Positions 50,493-62,949 are shown, counted from the first letter of the stretch. The stretch is DNA of 64,000 nucleotides from the human T2T-CHM13v2.0 reference genome, Homo sapiens (GCF_009914755.1 NC_060929.1); one strand, 5' to 3'. The notes: generated by a model from the letters alone, not told the origin. Program-made: numbers and translations.

Positions 50493-50810
50493 AGCTTCTG
50501 CACAGCAAAAGAAACTATCAACAGAGTGAACAGACAACCTACAGAATGGGAGAAAATTTTTGCAACAATGCATGTGACAAAGATCTAATGTCCAACACTG
50601 ATAAGGAACTTAAACAAATTTACAAGAAAAAAAAAATCTCATTAGAAAGTGGGCACAGGACATAAACAGACACTTCAAAAGAAGACACACATGCGGCCAA
50701 CAAGCATATGAGAAAAAGCTCAATATCACTGATCATTAGAGAAATGCAAATCAAAACCACAATGGCATACCATCTCACACCAGTCAGTATGGTTATTATT
50801 AAGAAGTCAA
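50493..50810 (+). mobile_element. L1 ORF2 fragment
   Basis: AGCTTCTGCACAGCAAAAGAAACTATCAACAGAGTGAACAGACAACCTACAGAATGGGAG. Confidence 0.9.
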
Positions 50811-50811
50811 C

Positions 50812-51109
50812 GCCGGGCATGGTGGCTCACGCCTATAATCCCAGCACTTCAGGAGGCCAAGGCAGGCAGATCGCATGAGGTCAGGAGTTCCAGACCAGCC
50901 TGGACAACCTGGCGAAACCCCGTCTCTACTAAAAATACAAAAATTAGCCCAGCGTGGTGGCGGGTGCCTGTAATCCCAGCTACTCAGGATGCTGAGGCAG
51001 GAGAATCGCCTGAACCCGGGAGGCAGAGGTTGTAGTGAGCCGAGATCATACCACTGCACTCTCCAGCTTAGGTGACAGAGCGAGACTCTGTCTCAAAAAA
51101 AAAAAAAAA
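50812..51109 (+). mobile_element. Alu (AluS-like)
   Basis: Dimer with A-tail. Confidence 0.95.
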
Positions 51110-51291
51110 TATTTGAATTTTGTTTAAATCGCTAACACATACTGGGCATTTAATAACAAAAAAAAAAGGACATGAGATTGTGATCCTTATGAAGGTTTGA
51201 GAGGCATTTCACTAGGGTTCAACATACAGCAGTCTGAAACATACTGTAATAATTTAATCCAATGGCTCATCTACAGCACCTAAAAAGATTA

Positions 51292-52207
<916 letters not shown>

Positions 52208-52373
52208 TATTTTCGTAGACAATCTAATCTCAGAAGATTTCAGTTCAGACAAAAATCATGATAATTACTGTATTACAAAAGGGCACTAGATAGGGGGAAA
52301 AGAGTAAAAATCACAATTAAAACAAAGGTTCAAAATTCTGCAGCAACCATATCCAGTTACACTTTAATATGTT

Positions 52374-52795
52374 TGTGGCAGACTACATTATTGTTCCCAA
52401 CTCATCACCCCTCCCTATATCTAAAACCTTTCCCCAAGACAATGCAGTTCCTCCTGCTAGAGATCAGGTATATTTATCTATACTATCAATGTTAGCCATG
52501 GACAAGGTATGTGCTTTGGCTGACTGAATGTTAGTGGACATGAGAGAAGCAATGGCTTAAAATGTACTTCCAGAACTGGAGTTTCCTTGTGATTCTATCA
52601 CTGTGACAAAAACACATTCTCAGGTAGTCCACTGATCCAAGGGGGAACAAACACACAGAAAACATACCTAGACTCTATCTGCAGCTTGCAGCCTCACCAA
52701 GCCAAGAACAGTCAACTCACAGATATGTTAGCAAAAATAAATGTTTTTCATACCTTAAGTTTTATATAATTATTGACCTACAGTTAACTGATATA
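52374..52795 (+). mobile_element. Old MLT1 (I/J-like) LTR
   Basis: TGTGGCAGACT...TTGTTCCCAA start; AATAAATGTTT...TAACTGATATA end. Confidence 0.55.
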
Positions 52796-53329
52796 CAATA
52801 TACATTAATCTTAAAATATCATTATCCCATTAAAAATATTTACATTAAAAACTGAGACCACTTTCTTTCCTTTTTTTTTTTTTTTTTTTAAATTAAGAGA
52901 CAGGGTGTCTCAATGTTGCCCAAGCTGGAGTTCAGTGGCTAGTGGCTATTCACAAGAACAATCATCGCACACTACCTCAAACTCCTGGGATCAAGCAATC
53001 CTCCTGCCTCAGCTTTCCAAGTCGCTGGGACTATAAGTGTGTACCACAGCATGTCAGCTCTCTCTCTCCTTCTTGACCTAAAGCCTAGCATAAAATTAGC
53101 TAAGTAGAATGTTTCCAAAGATGGCTGCATCAGTATCTCCCATCCCACATAATTTCTGTTTGATTTTGCCATTCACCCATAAAATGGTGGGATCTACCTC
53201 CCCTCCTTGCAAATTTGAGCTGGCCCTCTGATCCTGTCTAAGATCTGAAGCCAGATATTAAGGTACTTCATTAATTTCCATGTTTGTCCTCTATGCAACC
53301 TAGCAATCAAGCAAGAAGTCAAAACATAC

Positions 53330-55450
53330 TGACATAGTTTGGATGGGTCCCCACCCAAATCTCACCTTGCATTGTAATAATTCCCACGTGTCAAGGGTGG
53401 GGCCGGGTGCAGATAACTGAATCATGGGGATGGTTCCCCCCATACTGTTCTCGCGGTAGTGACTAAGTCTCATGAGATCTGATGGTTTTATAAATGGGAG
53501 CTCCCCTGCACATGCTCTCTCCTGCCTGCCACTATGTGAGACATGCTTTTGCACCTCCTTGCCTTCCACCATGATTGTGAGGCCTCCCCAGCCATGCAGA
53601 ACTGTGAGTCAATTCAACCTCTTTCCTTTATAAATTACCCAGTCTCAGGTATGTCTTTATTTGCGGTGTGAGAACAGACTAATACAATAAGTTGATACCA
53701 GTAGAGTGGGGTGCTGCTGTAAAGATACCCGAAAATGTGGAAGCAACTTTGGAAATGGGTAACAGGGAGAGGCTGGAACAGTTTGGAAGGCTCAGAAGAG
53801 GATAGGAAAATGTGGGAAAGTTTGGAACTTCCTAGAGACTTGTTGAATGGCTTTGACCAAAATGTTAATAGTGATATGGACAACAAGGTCCAGGCGGAGG
53901 TGGTCTCAGAGGGAGATGAGGAATTTGTTGGGAAATGGAGTAAAGTCACTCTTACTATGCAAAGACACTGCAGGCATTGTGCACCTGTATTAGAAACGGG
54001 CATAAGATAGGCGGGAAAGAGGGAAAATAAGAATTTCTTTCTAGAGTTCCCTACAGATCTGTGGAACTTTGAACTTGAGAGAGATGATTTAAGGTATCTG
54101 ACAGAAGAAATTTCTAAGCAGCAAAGCATTCGAGAAGAAGCAGAGCATAAAAGTTCAGAAAATTTGTAGCCTGATGATGCAACAGAAAAGAAAAATCTAT
54201 TTTCTCAGGAGACTGGGTTGTAGAAATTTGCATAAGTAATGAGGAGCCAAATGTTAATCACCAAGACAATGGGGCAAATGTCTCCAGGGCATGTTAGAGA
54301 CCCTCACAGCAGACCCTCCCATCACAGGCCAGGAGGCTTAGAAGGAAAAATGGTTTTGTGGGTCCAGAACCCCCTGCTGTGTGCAGCCTAGGAACTTGGG
54401 GCCCTGCATCCCAGCTGCTCCTGCCATAGGTAAAAGGGGCCAAGGTACACCTCAGGCCATGGCTTCAGAGGGTGCAAGTTCCAAGCCTTTCAGGTTCTAG
54501 GTGGTGTTAAGCCTGCAGATGCACCAAAGTCAAGAATTAACGTTCATGAACCTCCGCCTACATTTCAGAAGATGTATGAAAATGCCTGGAAATCCAGGCA
54601 AAAGTTTGCTGTGGGGGGGAGGGGAGGGGGGGGCCCTCATGGATAACCTCTGCTAGGGCAGTGTCAAAGGGAAATATGGGGTTGGAGCTCCCACACAGAG
54701 TCCCCACTGGGGTACTGCCAAGCAGAGCTGTGAGAAAAGGGCCACCATCCTCCAGACCCCAGAATGGTAGATCCACTGACAGCTTGCACTGTGTGCCTGG
54801 AAAAGCTGCAGACACTCAATGCAGCCAGAAGGGGGGCTGTACCCTGCAAAGCCACAGGGGCGGGGCTGCCCAAGACCCTGGGAACCCACTTCTTGCATCA
54901 CCTAGATGTGACACATGGAGTCAAAGGAGGTCATTTTGGAGCTTTAAGATTTGCCTGCTGGGTTTTGGACTTGCATGGGGCCTGTAGCTCTTTCGCTTTG
55001 GCCAATTTCTCCCATTTGAAACGAGTGTATTTACCCAATGCCTGTATCCCTGTGTATCTAGAAAATAACTAACTTGCTTTTGATTTTACAGGCTCATAGG
55101 TGGAAGGGACTTGCCTTGTCTCAGATGAGACTTTGGACTATGGAATTTTGAGTTAATGCTGAAATAAGAGTTTGGGGGACTTAGGGGAAGGCATGATTGC
55201 TTTTGAAATATGAGGACATGAGATTTGGGAGGGGCCGGGGAAGAATTATATGGTTTGGCTCTGTCCGCACCCAAATCTCATCTTGAATTGTAACAATTCC
55301 CATGTGTCAAGGGTGGGGCCAGGTGGAGATAACTGAATCATGGAGGCAGTTTCCCCCATGCTGTTCTCATGGTAGTGAATAAGTCTCATGAGGTCTGATG
55401 GTTTTATAAATGGATGTTCCCCTGCACATGTTCTCTCCTGCCCACCATGT
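53330..55450 (+). mobile_element. THE1-type MaLR element: LTR 53330-53686, internal region, 3' LTR 55246-55450 truncated
   Basis: THE1 LTR termini, THE1-int motifs (TAAAGATACCCGAAAATGTGGAAGCAACTTTGG), polypurine tract GGGAGGGGCCGGGG. Confidence 0.92.
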
Positions 55451-55693
55451 CTGACTAAATTTTGTATTTTTACTAGAGACGGGCTTTCACTATGTTGGCC
55501 AGGCTGGCCTCCAACTCCTGATCTCGTGATCCGTCCACCCCGACCTCCCAAAGTGCTAGGATCATAGGCATAAGCCACCACACCCGGCCTCTTTTTTTTC
55601 TTTTTCTTTTTTTTATCTGGAGACTGAGTTTTGCACTCGTTGCCCAGGCTGGAGTGCAATGGTGCGATCTCAGCTCACTGCAGTCTCCACCTC
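55451..55693 (-). mobile_element. Two partial antisense Alus at a duplicon junction
   Basis: Left arm only (55451-55589), then a right-arm fragment (55591-55693) that runs straight into unique sequence. Confidence 0.85.
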
Positions 55694-56541
55694 AGCAGGA
55701 GAGCAGGAATCTTCAGTGATCCACGGGCAAATATGCAGCCATTGTGGGCACCTGTTCCTCCCGCGACCTTTGTGCCCACGTCTCTCCCTCCAGTACCTAC
55801 TGCACGACCCCCCACGTCCGCCTCCTGCCATTGCCAGCAGGTGCCTTGCGCCGGTACCTGGCTGTGCTTATTCATCCATTATGGTCGCTCTGTCACTGGT
55901 GCCATTATGTGCTCACATGCCCACTCCCTCAGGTTTAGAAGTCGCGTTGCCCGGCAACAGAACAATCTGCTGGCTTAGCCTTTGGCCAAGTTGGCAGCTG
56001 GACGAGGACGCTCAGAGCCCAGCTCTTGAGAGTTCAAGTATCCGACAGTTCCCCACTGCTCCCAGGAGCGGTTACCCGGGCACTCTGTGCCCCTCATTCC
56101 TGTTTGGGCCAAGGCCGAGGACCTGCGAGTAGGGCTCAGTTGCCTGGAGCCCCTTCAGCCCATCCCCCAGTTCACTTTGCTTGTGGGATCTCCCCGTTGC
56201 TCCTGCCCCTGGACTGAGTGGCAGGCCATCCTACAAACACCCGCACACTCGACATCAGTGGTGTCAAGACAACTCTAAGAAGGTTTTCCGTGATCCTGCA
56301 AGACCTGTGTTCCATCCTGGTGATTCTGTCTTCAATTTCACTGCACAGGTACCACAGTAAGCCAGTGCTGTGTGCTCCGAGTTCCAGGGCATCCCCCAGC
56401 TCAGCCACTACACTGAGCACAAGGACTCTGTGGGGCCCAGGAGCAGGTAGTCACCCCTTTGGGGTCCACAACACCCGGCTGTCCCCAGACTTGTGTCCAG
56501 GGAAGATAGTGTTGAGGGCCCTCAAGGAGAGCGGGGCAGGG

Positions 56542-59500
56542 ATGCCTGAGCAGCACAAGGACCCCAGAGTCCAAGAAAATCCTGATGATCAGAGAACGGT
56601 CCCCGAGGTCACCGGGGATGCACGGTCTGCATTTTGGCCCCTGCGGGACAATGGAGGCCCCTCTCCCTTTGTGCCCAGGCCCGGGCCTCTGCAGACAGAC
56701 CTCCACGCCCAGAGCTCAGAAATCAGATATAACCACACATCCCAGACATCCTGGACGAGCTCGAGCACCAAACGAAATGCCATCTCCAGCTCCTACAGCT
56801 CCACGGGAGGCTTGCCGGGGCTAAAGCAGAGGAGGGGGCCAGCCTCATCCCGCTGCCAGCTGACCCTCAGTTACTCAAAGACAGTGAGTGAGGACAGGCC
56901 TCAGGCTGTCTCTTCGGGTCACACACGGTGTGAAAAGGGGGCAGATACAGCACCAGGGCAGACAATCGCCCCAACGGGTGGCTCCCCCAGATCCCAGGAC
57001 TCTAGGCCCCGTAGACGCAAGATTCCCCTGCTGCCACGCAGGCGAGGGGAGCCTTTGATGCTGCCACCTCCCTTAGAGCTGGGGTACCGGGTCACGGCTG
57101 AAGACCTGCACCTGGAAAAAGAGACGGCATTCCAGCGCATCAACAGTGCACTGCACGTTGAGGACAAGGCCATCCCGGACTGCAGACCCTCACGGCCTTC
57201 CCACACTTTGTCCTCACTTGCAACAGGGGCTTCGGGTGGGCCTCCCGTTTCTAAAGCACCCACTATGGATGCACAGCAGGACAGACCCAAGTCCCAAGAC
57301 TGCCTGGGCCTAGTGGCCCCCCTAGCATCTGCTGCAGAGGTCCCCGCTACAGCTCCCGTGTCTGGGAAGAAGCACAGACCACCAGGACCCCTGTTCTCCT
57401 CCTCAGATCCCCTTCCTGCCAACTCTTCCCACTCCCGGGACTCAGCCCAGGTCACCTCGATGATTCCTGCCCCCTTCACAGCTGCAAGCAGGGATGCCGG
57501 CATGAGAAGAACAAGGTCGGCTCCTGCAGCTGCCGCAGCAGCCCCTCCCCCCTCCACATTGAACCCCACGTCGGGGTCACTACTCAATGCAGTGGATGGA
57601 GGCCCCTCACATTTCTTGGCCTCAGCCACAGCTGCAGCACGTGCCCAGAGGTCAGAAGTGAGATATAACCAGAGATCCCAGACCTCCCGGACCAGATCCT
57701 GCCTCAAACGAAATGCCAGCTCCAGCTCCCACAGCTCTACGGAAGGCCTCCAGGAAGTAAAGCGGAGGAGGGGGCCAGCCTCATCCCACTGCCAGCTGGC
57801 CCTCAGTTCCTCAAACACAGTGAGTGAGGACGGACCTCAGGCTGTCTCTTCGGGTCACCGCTGTGAAAACAAGGCAGGTACAGCACCAGGGCAGACACTT
57901 GCCCCCAGGGGTGGCTCCCCCAGATCCCAGGCCTCTAGGCCCCACATCAACACTGCACTGCACGTTGAGGACAAGGCCATCTCGGACTGCAGACCCTCAC
58001 GGCCTTCCCACACTTTGTCCTCACTTGCAACAGGGGCTTCGGGTGGGCCTCCCGTTTCTAAAGCACCCACTATGGATGCACAGCAGGACAGACCCAAGTC
58101 CCAAGACTCCCTGGGCCTACTGGCCCCCCTAGCATCTGCTGCAGAGGTCCCCTCTACAGCTCCCGTGTCTGGGAAGAAGCACAGACCACCAGGACCCCTG
58201 TTCTCCTCCTCAGATCCCCTTCCTGCCACCTCTTACCACTCCCGGGACACAGCACAGGTCACCTCGCTGATTCCTGCCACCTTCACAGCTGCAAGCAGGG
58301 ATGCCGGCATGAGAAGAACAAGGTCGGCTCCTGCAGCTGCCACAGCAGCCCCTCCCCCCTCCACATTGAACAACACGTCGGGGTCACTACTCAATGCAGT
58401 GGATGGAGGCCCCTCACATTTCTTGGCCTCAGCCACAGCTGCAGCACGTGCCCAGAGGTCAGAAGTGAGATATAACCAGAGATCCCAGACCTCCCGGACC
58501 AGATCCTGCCTCAAACGAAATGCCAGCTCCAGCTCCAGCTCCCACAGCTCTACGGAAGGCCTCCAGGAACTAAAGCGGAGGAGGGGGCCAGCCTCATCCC
58601 ACTGCCAGCTGGCCCACAGTTCCTCAAACACAGTGAGTGAGGACGGACCTCAGGCTGTCTCTTCGGGTCACCGCTGTGAAAACAAGGCAGGTACAGCACC
58701 AGGGCAGACACTCGCCCCCAGGGGAGGCTCCCCCAGATCCCAGGCCTCTAGGCCCCACATCAACAGTGCACTGTACGTTGAGGACAAGGCCATCTCGGAC
58801 TGCAGACCCTCACGGCCTTCCCACACTTTGTCCTCACTTGCAACAGGGGCTTCGGGTGGGCCTCCCGTTTCTAAAGCACCCACTATGGACGCACAGCAGG
58901 ACAGACCCAAGTCCCAAGACTGCCTGGGCCTAGTGGCCCCCCTAGCATCTGCTGCAGAGGTCCCCTCTACAGCTCCCGTGTCTGGGAAGAAGCACAGACC
59001 ACCAGGACCCCTGTTCTCCTCCTCAGATCCCCTTCCTGCCACCTCTTCCCACTCCCGGGACTCAGCCCAGGTCACCTCGCTGATTCCTGCCACCTTCACA
59101 GCTGCAAGCAGGGATGCCGGCATGAGAAGAACAAGGCCTGGCACCTCGGCTCCTGCAGCTGCCGCAGCAGCCCTTCCCCACTCCACATTGAACCCCACGT
59201 CGGGGTCGCTACTCAATGCAGTGGATGGAGGCCCCTCACATTTCTTGGCCTCAGCCACAGCTGCAGCACGTGCCCAGAGGTCAGAAGTGAGATATAACCA
59301 GAGATCCCAGACCTCCCGGACCAGATCCTGCCTCAAACGAAATGCCAGCTCCAGCTCCCACAGCTCTACGGAAGGCCTCCAGGAAGTAAAGCGGAGGAGG
59401 GGGCCAGCCTCATCCCACTGCCAGCTGGCCCACAGTTCCTCAAACACAGTGAGTGAGGACGGACCTCAGGCTGTCTCTTCGGGTCACCGCTGTGAAAACA

Positions 59501-60042
59501 AGGCAGGTACAGCACCAGGGCAGACACTCGCCCCCAGGGGTGGCTCCCCCAGATCCCAGGCCTCTAGGCCCCGCATCAACAGTGCACTGCACGTTGAGGA
59601 CAAGGCCATCTCGGACTGCAGACCCTCACGGCCTTCCCACACTTTGTCCTCACTTGCAACAGGGGCTTCGGGTGGGCCTCCCGTTTCTAAAGCACCCACT
59701 ATGGATGCACAGCAGGACAGACCCAAGTCCCAAGACTGCCTGGGCCTACTGGCCCCCCTAGCATCTGCTGCAGAGGTCTCCTCTACAGCTCCCGTGTCTG
59801 GGAAGAAGCACAGACCACCAGGACCCCTGTTCTCCTCCTCAGATCCCCTTCCTGCCACCTCTTCCCACTCCGGGGACTCAGCCCAGGACACCTCGCTGAT
59901 TCCTGCCCCCTTCACACCTGCAAGCAGGGATGCCGGCATCAGAAGAATGTTTCGTGTTCGAAACTGTTTGAGGGGTTTGGGTTTATTTTTGTTGGTTTTT
60001 TCTTTTTTTTTTTTGCTTACGTGGGCATCCTTCAGCTTTTAA
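56542..60042 (+). CDS. Intronless POM121-like (POM121L1-type) ORF, 1166 aa from first ATG (open from GTG 56218); Ser/Pro/Ala/Arg-rich tandem repeats and hydrophobic C-terminus; coding status unproven
   Basis: 3.8 kb without a stop; ATG context GCAGGGATGC; motifs SAFWPLRDNGGPSPFVPRPGPL, KRNAISSSYSSTGG and KIPLL..LPPPLELGYRVTAEDLHLEK resemble the POM121 N-terminal region; no FG repeats. Confidence 0.65.
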   Translation: MPEQHKDPRVQENPDDQRTVPEVTGDARSAFWPLRDNGGPSPFVPRPGPLQTDLHAQSSEIRYNHTSQTSWTSSSTKRNAISSSYSSTGGLPGLKQRRGPASSRCQLTLSYSKTVSEDRPQAVSSGHTRCEKGADTAPGQTIAPTGGSPRSQDSRPRRRKIPLLPRRRGEPLMLPPPLELGYRVTAEDLHLEKETAFQRINSALHVEDKAIPDCRPSRPSHTLSSLATGASGGPPVSKAPTMDAQQDRPKSQDCLGLVAPLASAAEVPATAPVSGKKHRPPGPLFSSSDPLPANSSHSRDSAQVTSMIPAPFTAASRDAGMRRTRSAPAAAAAAPPPSTLNPTSGSLLNAVDGGPSHFLASATAAARAQRSEVRYNQRSQTSRTRSCLKRNASSSSHSSTEGLQEVKRRRGPASSHCQLALSSSNTVSEDGPQAVSSGHRCENKAGTAPGQTLAPRGGSPRSQASRPHINTALHVEDKAISDCRPSRPSHTLSSLATGASGGPPVSKAPTMDAQQDRPKSQDSLGLLAPLASAAEVPSTAPVSGKKHRPPGPLFSSSDPLPATSYHSRDTAQVTSLIPATFTAASRDAGMRRTRSAPAAATAAPPPSTLNNTSGSLLNAVDGGPSHFLASATAAARAQRSEVRYNQRSQTSRTRSCLKRNASSSSSSHSSTEGLQELKRRRGPASSHCQLAHSSSNTVSEDGPQAVSSGHRCENKAGTAPGQTLAPRGGSPRSQASRPHINSALYVEDKAISDCRPSRPSHTLSSLATGASGGPPVSKAPTMDAQQDRPKSQDCLGLVAPLASAAEVPSTAPVSGKKHRPPGPLFSSSDPLPATSSHSRDSAQVTSLIPATFTAASRDAGMRRTRPGTSAPAAAAAALPHSTLNPTSGSLLNAVDGGPSHFLASATAAARAQRSEVRYNQRSQTSRTRSCLKRNASSSSHSSTEGLQEVKRRRGPASSHCQLAHSSSNTVSEDGPQAVSSGHRCENKAGTAPGQTLAPRGGSPRSQASRPRINSALHVEDKAISDCRPSRPSHTLSSLATGASGGPPVSKAPTMDAQQDRPKSQDCLGLLAPLASAAEVSSTAPVSGKKHRPPGPLFSSSDPLPATSSHSGDSAQDTSLIPAPFTPASRDAGIRRMFRVRNCLRGLGLFLLVFSFFFLLTWASFSF
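56707..59948 (+). repeat. Large tandem repeat inside the ORF: units 56707-57642 (936), 57643-58449 (807), 58450-59271 (822), 59272-~59948 (partial)
   Basis: Recurrent anchor GCCCAGAG.TCAGAA.T.AGATATAACCA; near-identical translations. Confidence 0.97.
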
Positions 60043-60106
60043 TAATCTGAAAAATTCTATTTACCCATTGTCAATGTGTATAAATTAATCTCAGTCAATT
60101 TTATAC

Positions 60107-60112
60107 AATAAA
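60107..60112 (+). promoter_or_regulatory. Candidate polyadenylation signal AATAAA for the POM121-like ORF
   Basis: Canonical hexamer 65 nt after the stop; AT-rich context makes chance occurrence plausible. Confidence 0.35.
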
Positions 60113-61135
60113 AGGTGAACTTTTATCCATCAAACAATAATTTAACAAAAAATGTACCGGAAGAAGAATGTTCATTACAAATATAGGAAACATAAATATT
60201 ACCAAATATTGGCAAGCACTAAAATGTTCAGAAATATAAGTCTATTACAGTTATAGCTCTCTCAAGCAAAAAAACAGCAGAGAAAAACTTAGTTTTCCTG
60301 AGGGGCTATTTATTTACTTAGGGATTTGTTAAAAGGTCAAATGGGGTCACACAGAATACTAAGAAGAGCTGTTCACCCAGGCCTCACTAAGAACTCTTCT
60401 TCATGCAGTAGCTATATAGTAATATGACAACTGCTCCTACGACCCAAAGAGGAACTACAGCAACTACTCTTTAGCATCTGTTGCTCCCAACTCTGCTTTG
60501 CAATTATATGACTCAAGCATTCTGGCTCCGTTAACTATTACTGCTGTTACTCCCAAGTAAATTCCCTCTAAAAAATAAAAATTTTTAAAGCTGTAATTTA
60601 AGCTCTCTGCTGCCTCATGACTTCAATTCCATCAGAGTTACGCATTGTTTCCTCTGTACATCTTTGCTCTGCTTCCATTGCTAATTCCCTAGTAAAGTGT
60701 TGTATATTCAAAGTTCCAAAGAAACAGAATATCCAAGACATCACCAATCATCCAAAACACAGTGTAGGAGGCCACAGTTAAGAGAAGCAACACCATTAGC
60801 TCTTTTTATAGGCTCGAGAACAACAGGATGCTTTGGTCCTGTATCAGCAGGACGCTTTTTGGGTAGATCCTACTGCCACCCTACTATCGGGTAGATCCTA
60901 CTGTCACCCTAGCTATGGGCACATGTCAGAGTCCCATGTAATAAAGGAGACAAAAGGAAACCACCACGAGTATAAACTAAGAAAAGTACTCCAAGGTTTC
61001 TAAGAATGGAGCTGTATAACTCACTTTGCCCCGTTTGTTACTTCTCCACGGTACTGACCACCACCTATTACATATATTTTGTTTATAGTCAGTCTTCCCC
61101 CATTAGAATGAAAGTTCCGTGAGGATAGGACTATA

Positions 61136-61435
61136 CAGTCAGCCCTCAGTATCCATGGGGGACTGGTTTCAGGATCTCCTGAGGGTAACAAAGGATACTC
61201 AAGTCCCTGATATAAAATGACATAGTATTTGCACATCACCTTTGCACATCCTCCCATATACTTCATATCAACTCTAGATCACTCATAATATCCGATGTAA
61301 ATGTCATGCAAATAGTTATTGTACTATATTGTGTAAGGAATAAGGACAAGAAAAAAGTCTGTACATGTTCAGTACAGACGCAATTTTTTTTTCCAATATT
61401 TCCAATCCTTGGTTGCCTTAACGGATGTAGAACCC
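61136..61435 (+). mobile_element. MER2 (Tigger) DNA transposon, 3'-truncated
   Basis: TA|CAGTCAGCCCTCAGTATCCATGGGGGACTGGTTTCAGGA...CAAGTCCCTGATATAAAATG. Confidence 0.85.
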
Positions 61436-61700
61436 AGGAATAAGTTCTGGTGTCCTATTGCATAGTAGGATGAGTATAGTTAACAATAACATATTATATA
61501 TTTGAAAATAGCCAGAAGAGTAGATTTTGAATTTTCTCCCTACAGAAAAATCATTATGCAAATTACCCTGATTTGATCATTACACATTGAGTACATGTAT
61601 TAAAACATCACATTCTACCCCATATATATGTACAGTTATTATGTGTCCATAAAAATTTAATGTCAATGTGTGAAATAAAATGAAAAAATAAAAATTTTTA
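61436..61700 (+). mobile_element. L1MA/L1MB 3' end
   Basis: GGAATAAGTTCTGGTGTCCTATTGCATAGTAGG...AATTACCCTGATTTGATCATTACACATTG. Confidence 0.8.
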
Positions 61701-61977
61701 AAGCTGTAATTATCTCCATCTGGTAGGAATATATACAATCTGAAATAAAAAATATATTTGTAATTGTTAGGACAAAATAGATTATACATTAAGTCTGCAA
61801 ATTATAAATTATAAAATTCTCACAGAACCTGAAAAATTATTGATACTGTTAAATATTTAAAAAGCTGTCCTTGGAGAGAAAGAAACCTATCAGATTTACA
61901 TCAACAAGTGTAATATGTCAGCCTATTACCATCTGCTACAGACTGCATGTTTGTGTTCCCTCAAAATTCATATGATA

Positions 61978-62335
<358 letters not shown>

Positions 62336-62443
62336 TTAGGAGAGAATTAGGTTTAGATGAGGTCATGAGAATAGAGCCCCTATGGTGGCATTACTTCCTT
62401 TATAAGAAGAGACACTAGAGCTGCTTTTCTCCCTACCATGTGA

Positions 62444-62923
<480 letters not shown>

Positions 62924-62949
62924 TAAGATACCATCCTATAAGCTACAGA

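Noticed and set aside
54611-54634. G-run in THE1 internal region as a functional G-quadruplex
   Set aside because: Most simply a homopolymer expansion in a transposon; no other support
56218-56541. 108-aa N-terminal extension from GTG
   Set aside because: Non-ATG start with no supporting evidence; first ATG at 56542 preferred
56919-59939. Long minus-strand ORFs (299, 259, 151 aa and others) over the repeat
   Set aside because: Antisense shadows of the GC-rich plus-strand repeat; interrupted differently between units
56707-59948. CRISPR-like or other spacer-bearing array
   Set aside because: Units are contiguous ~0.8-kb near-identical blocks with no unique spacers, in eukaryotic DNA
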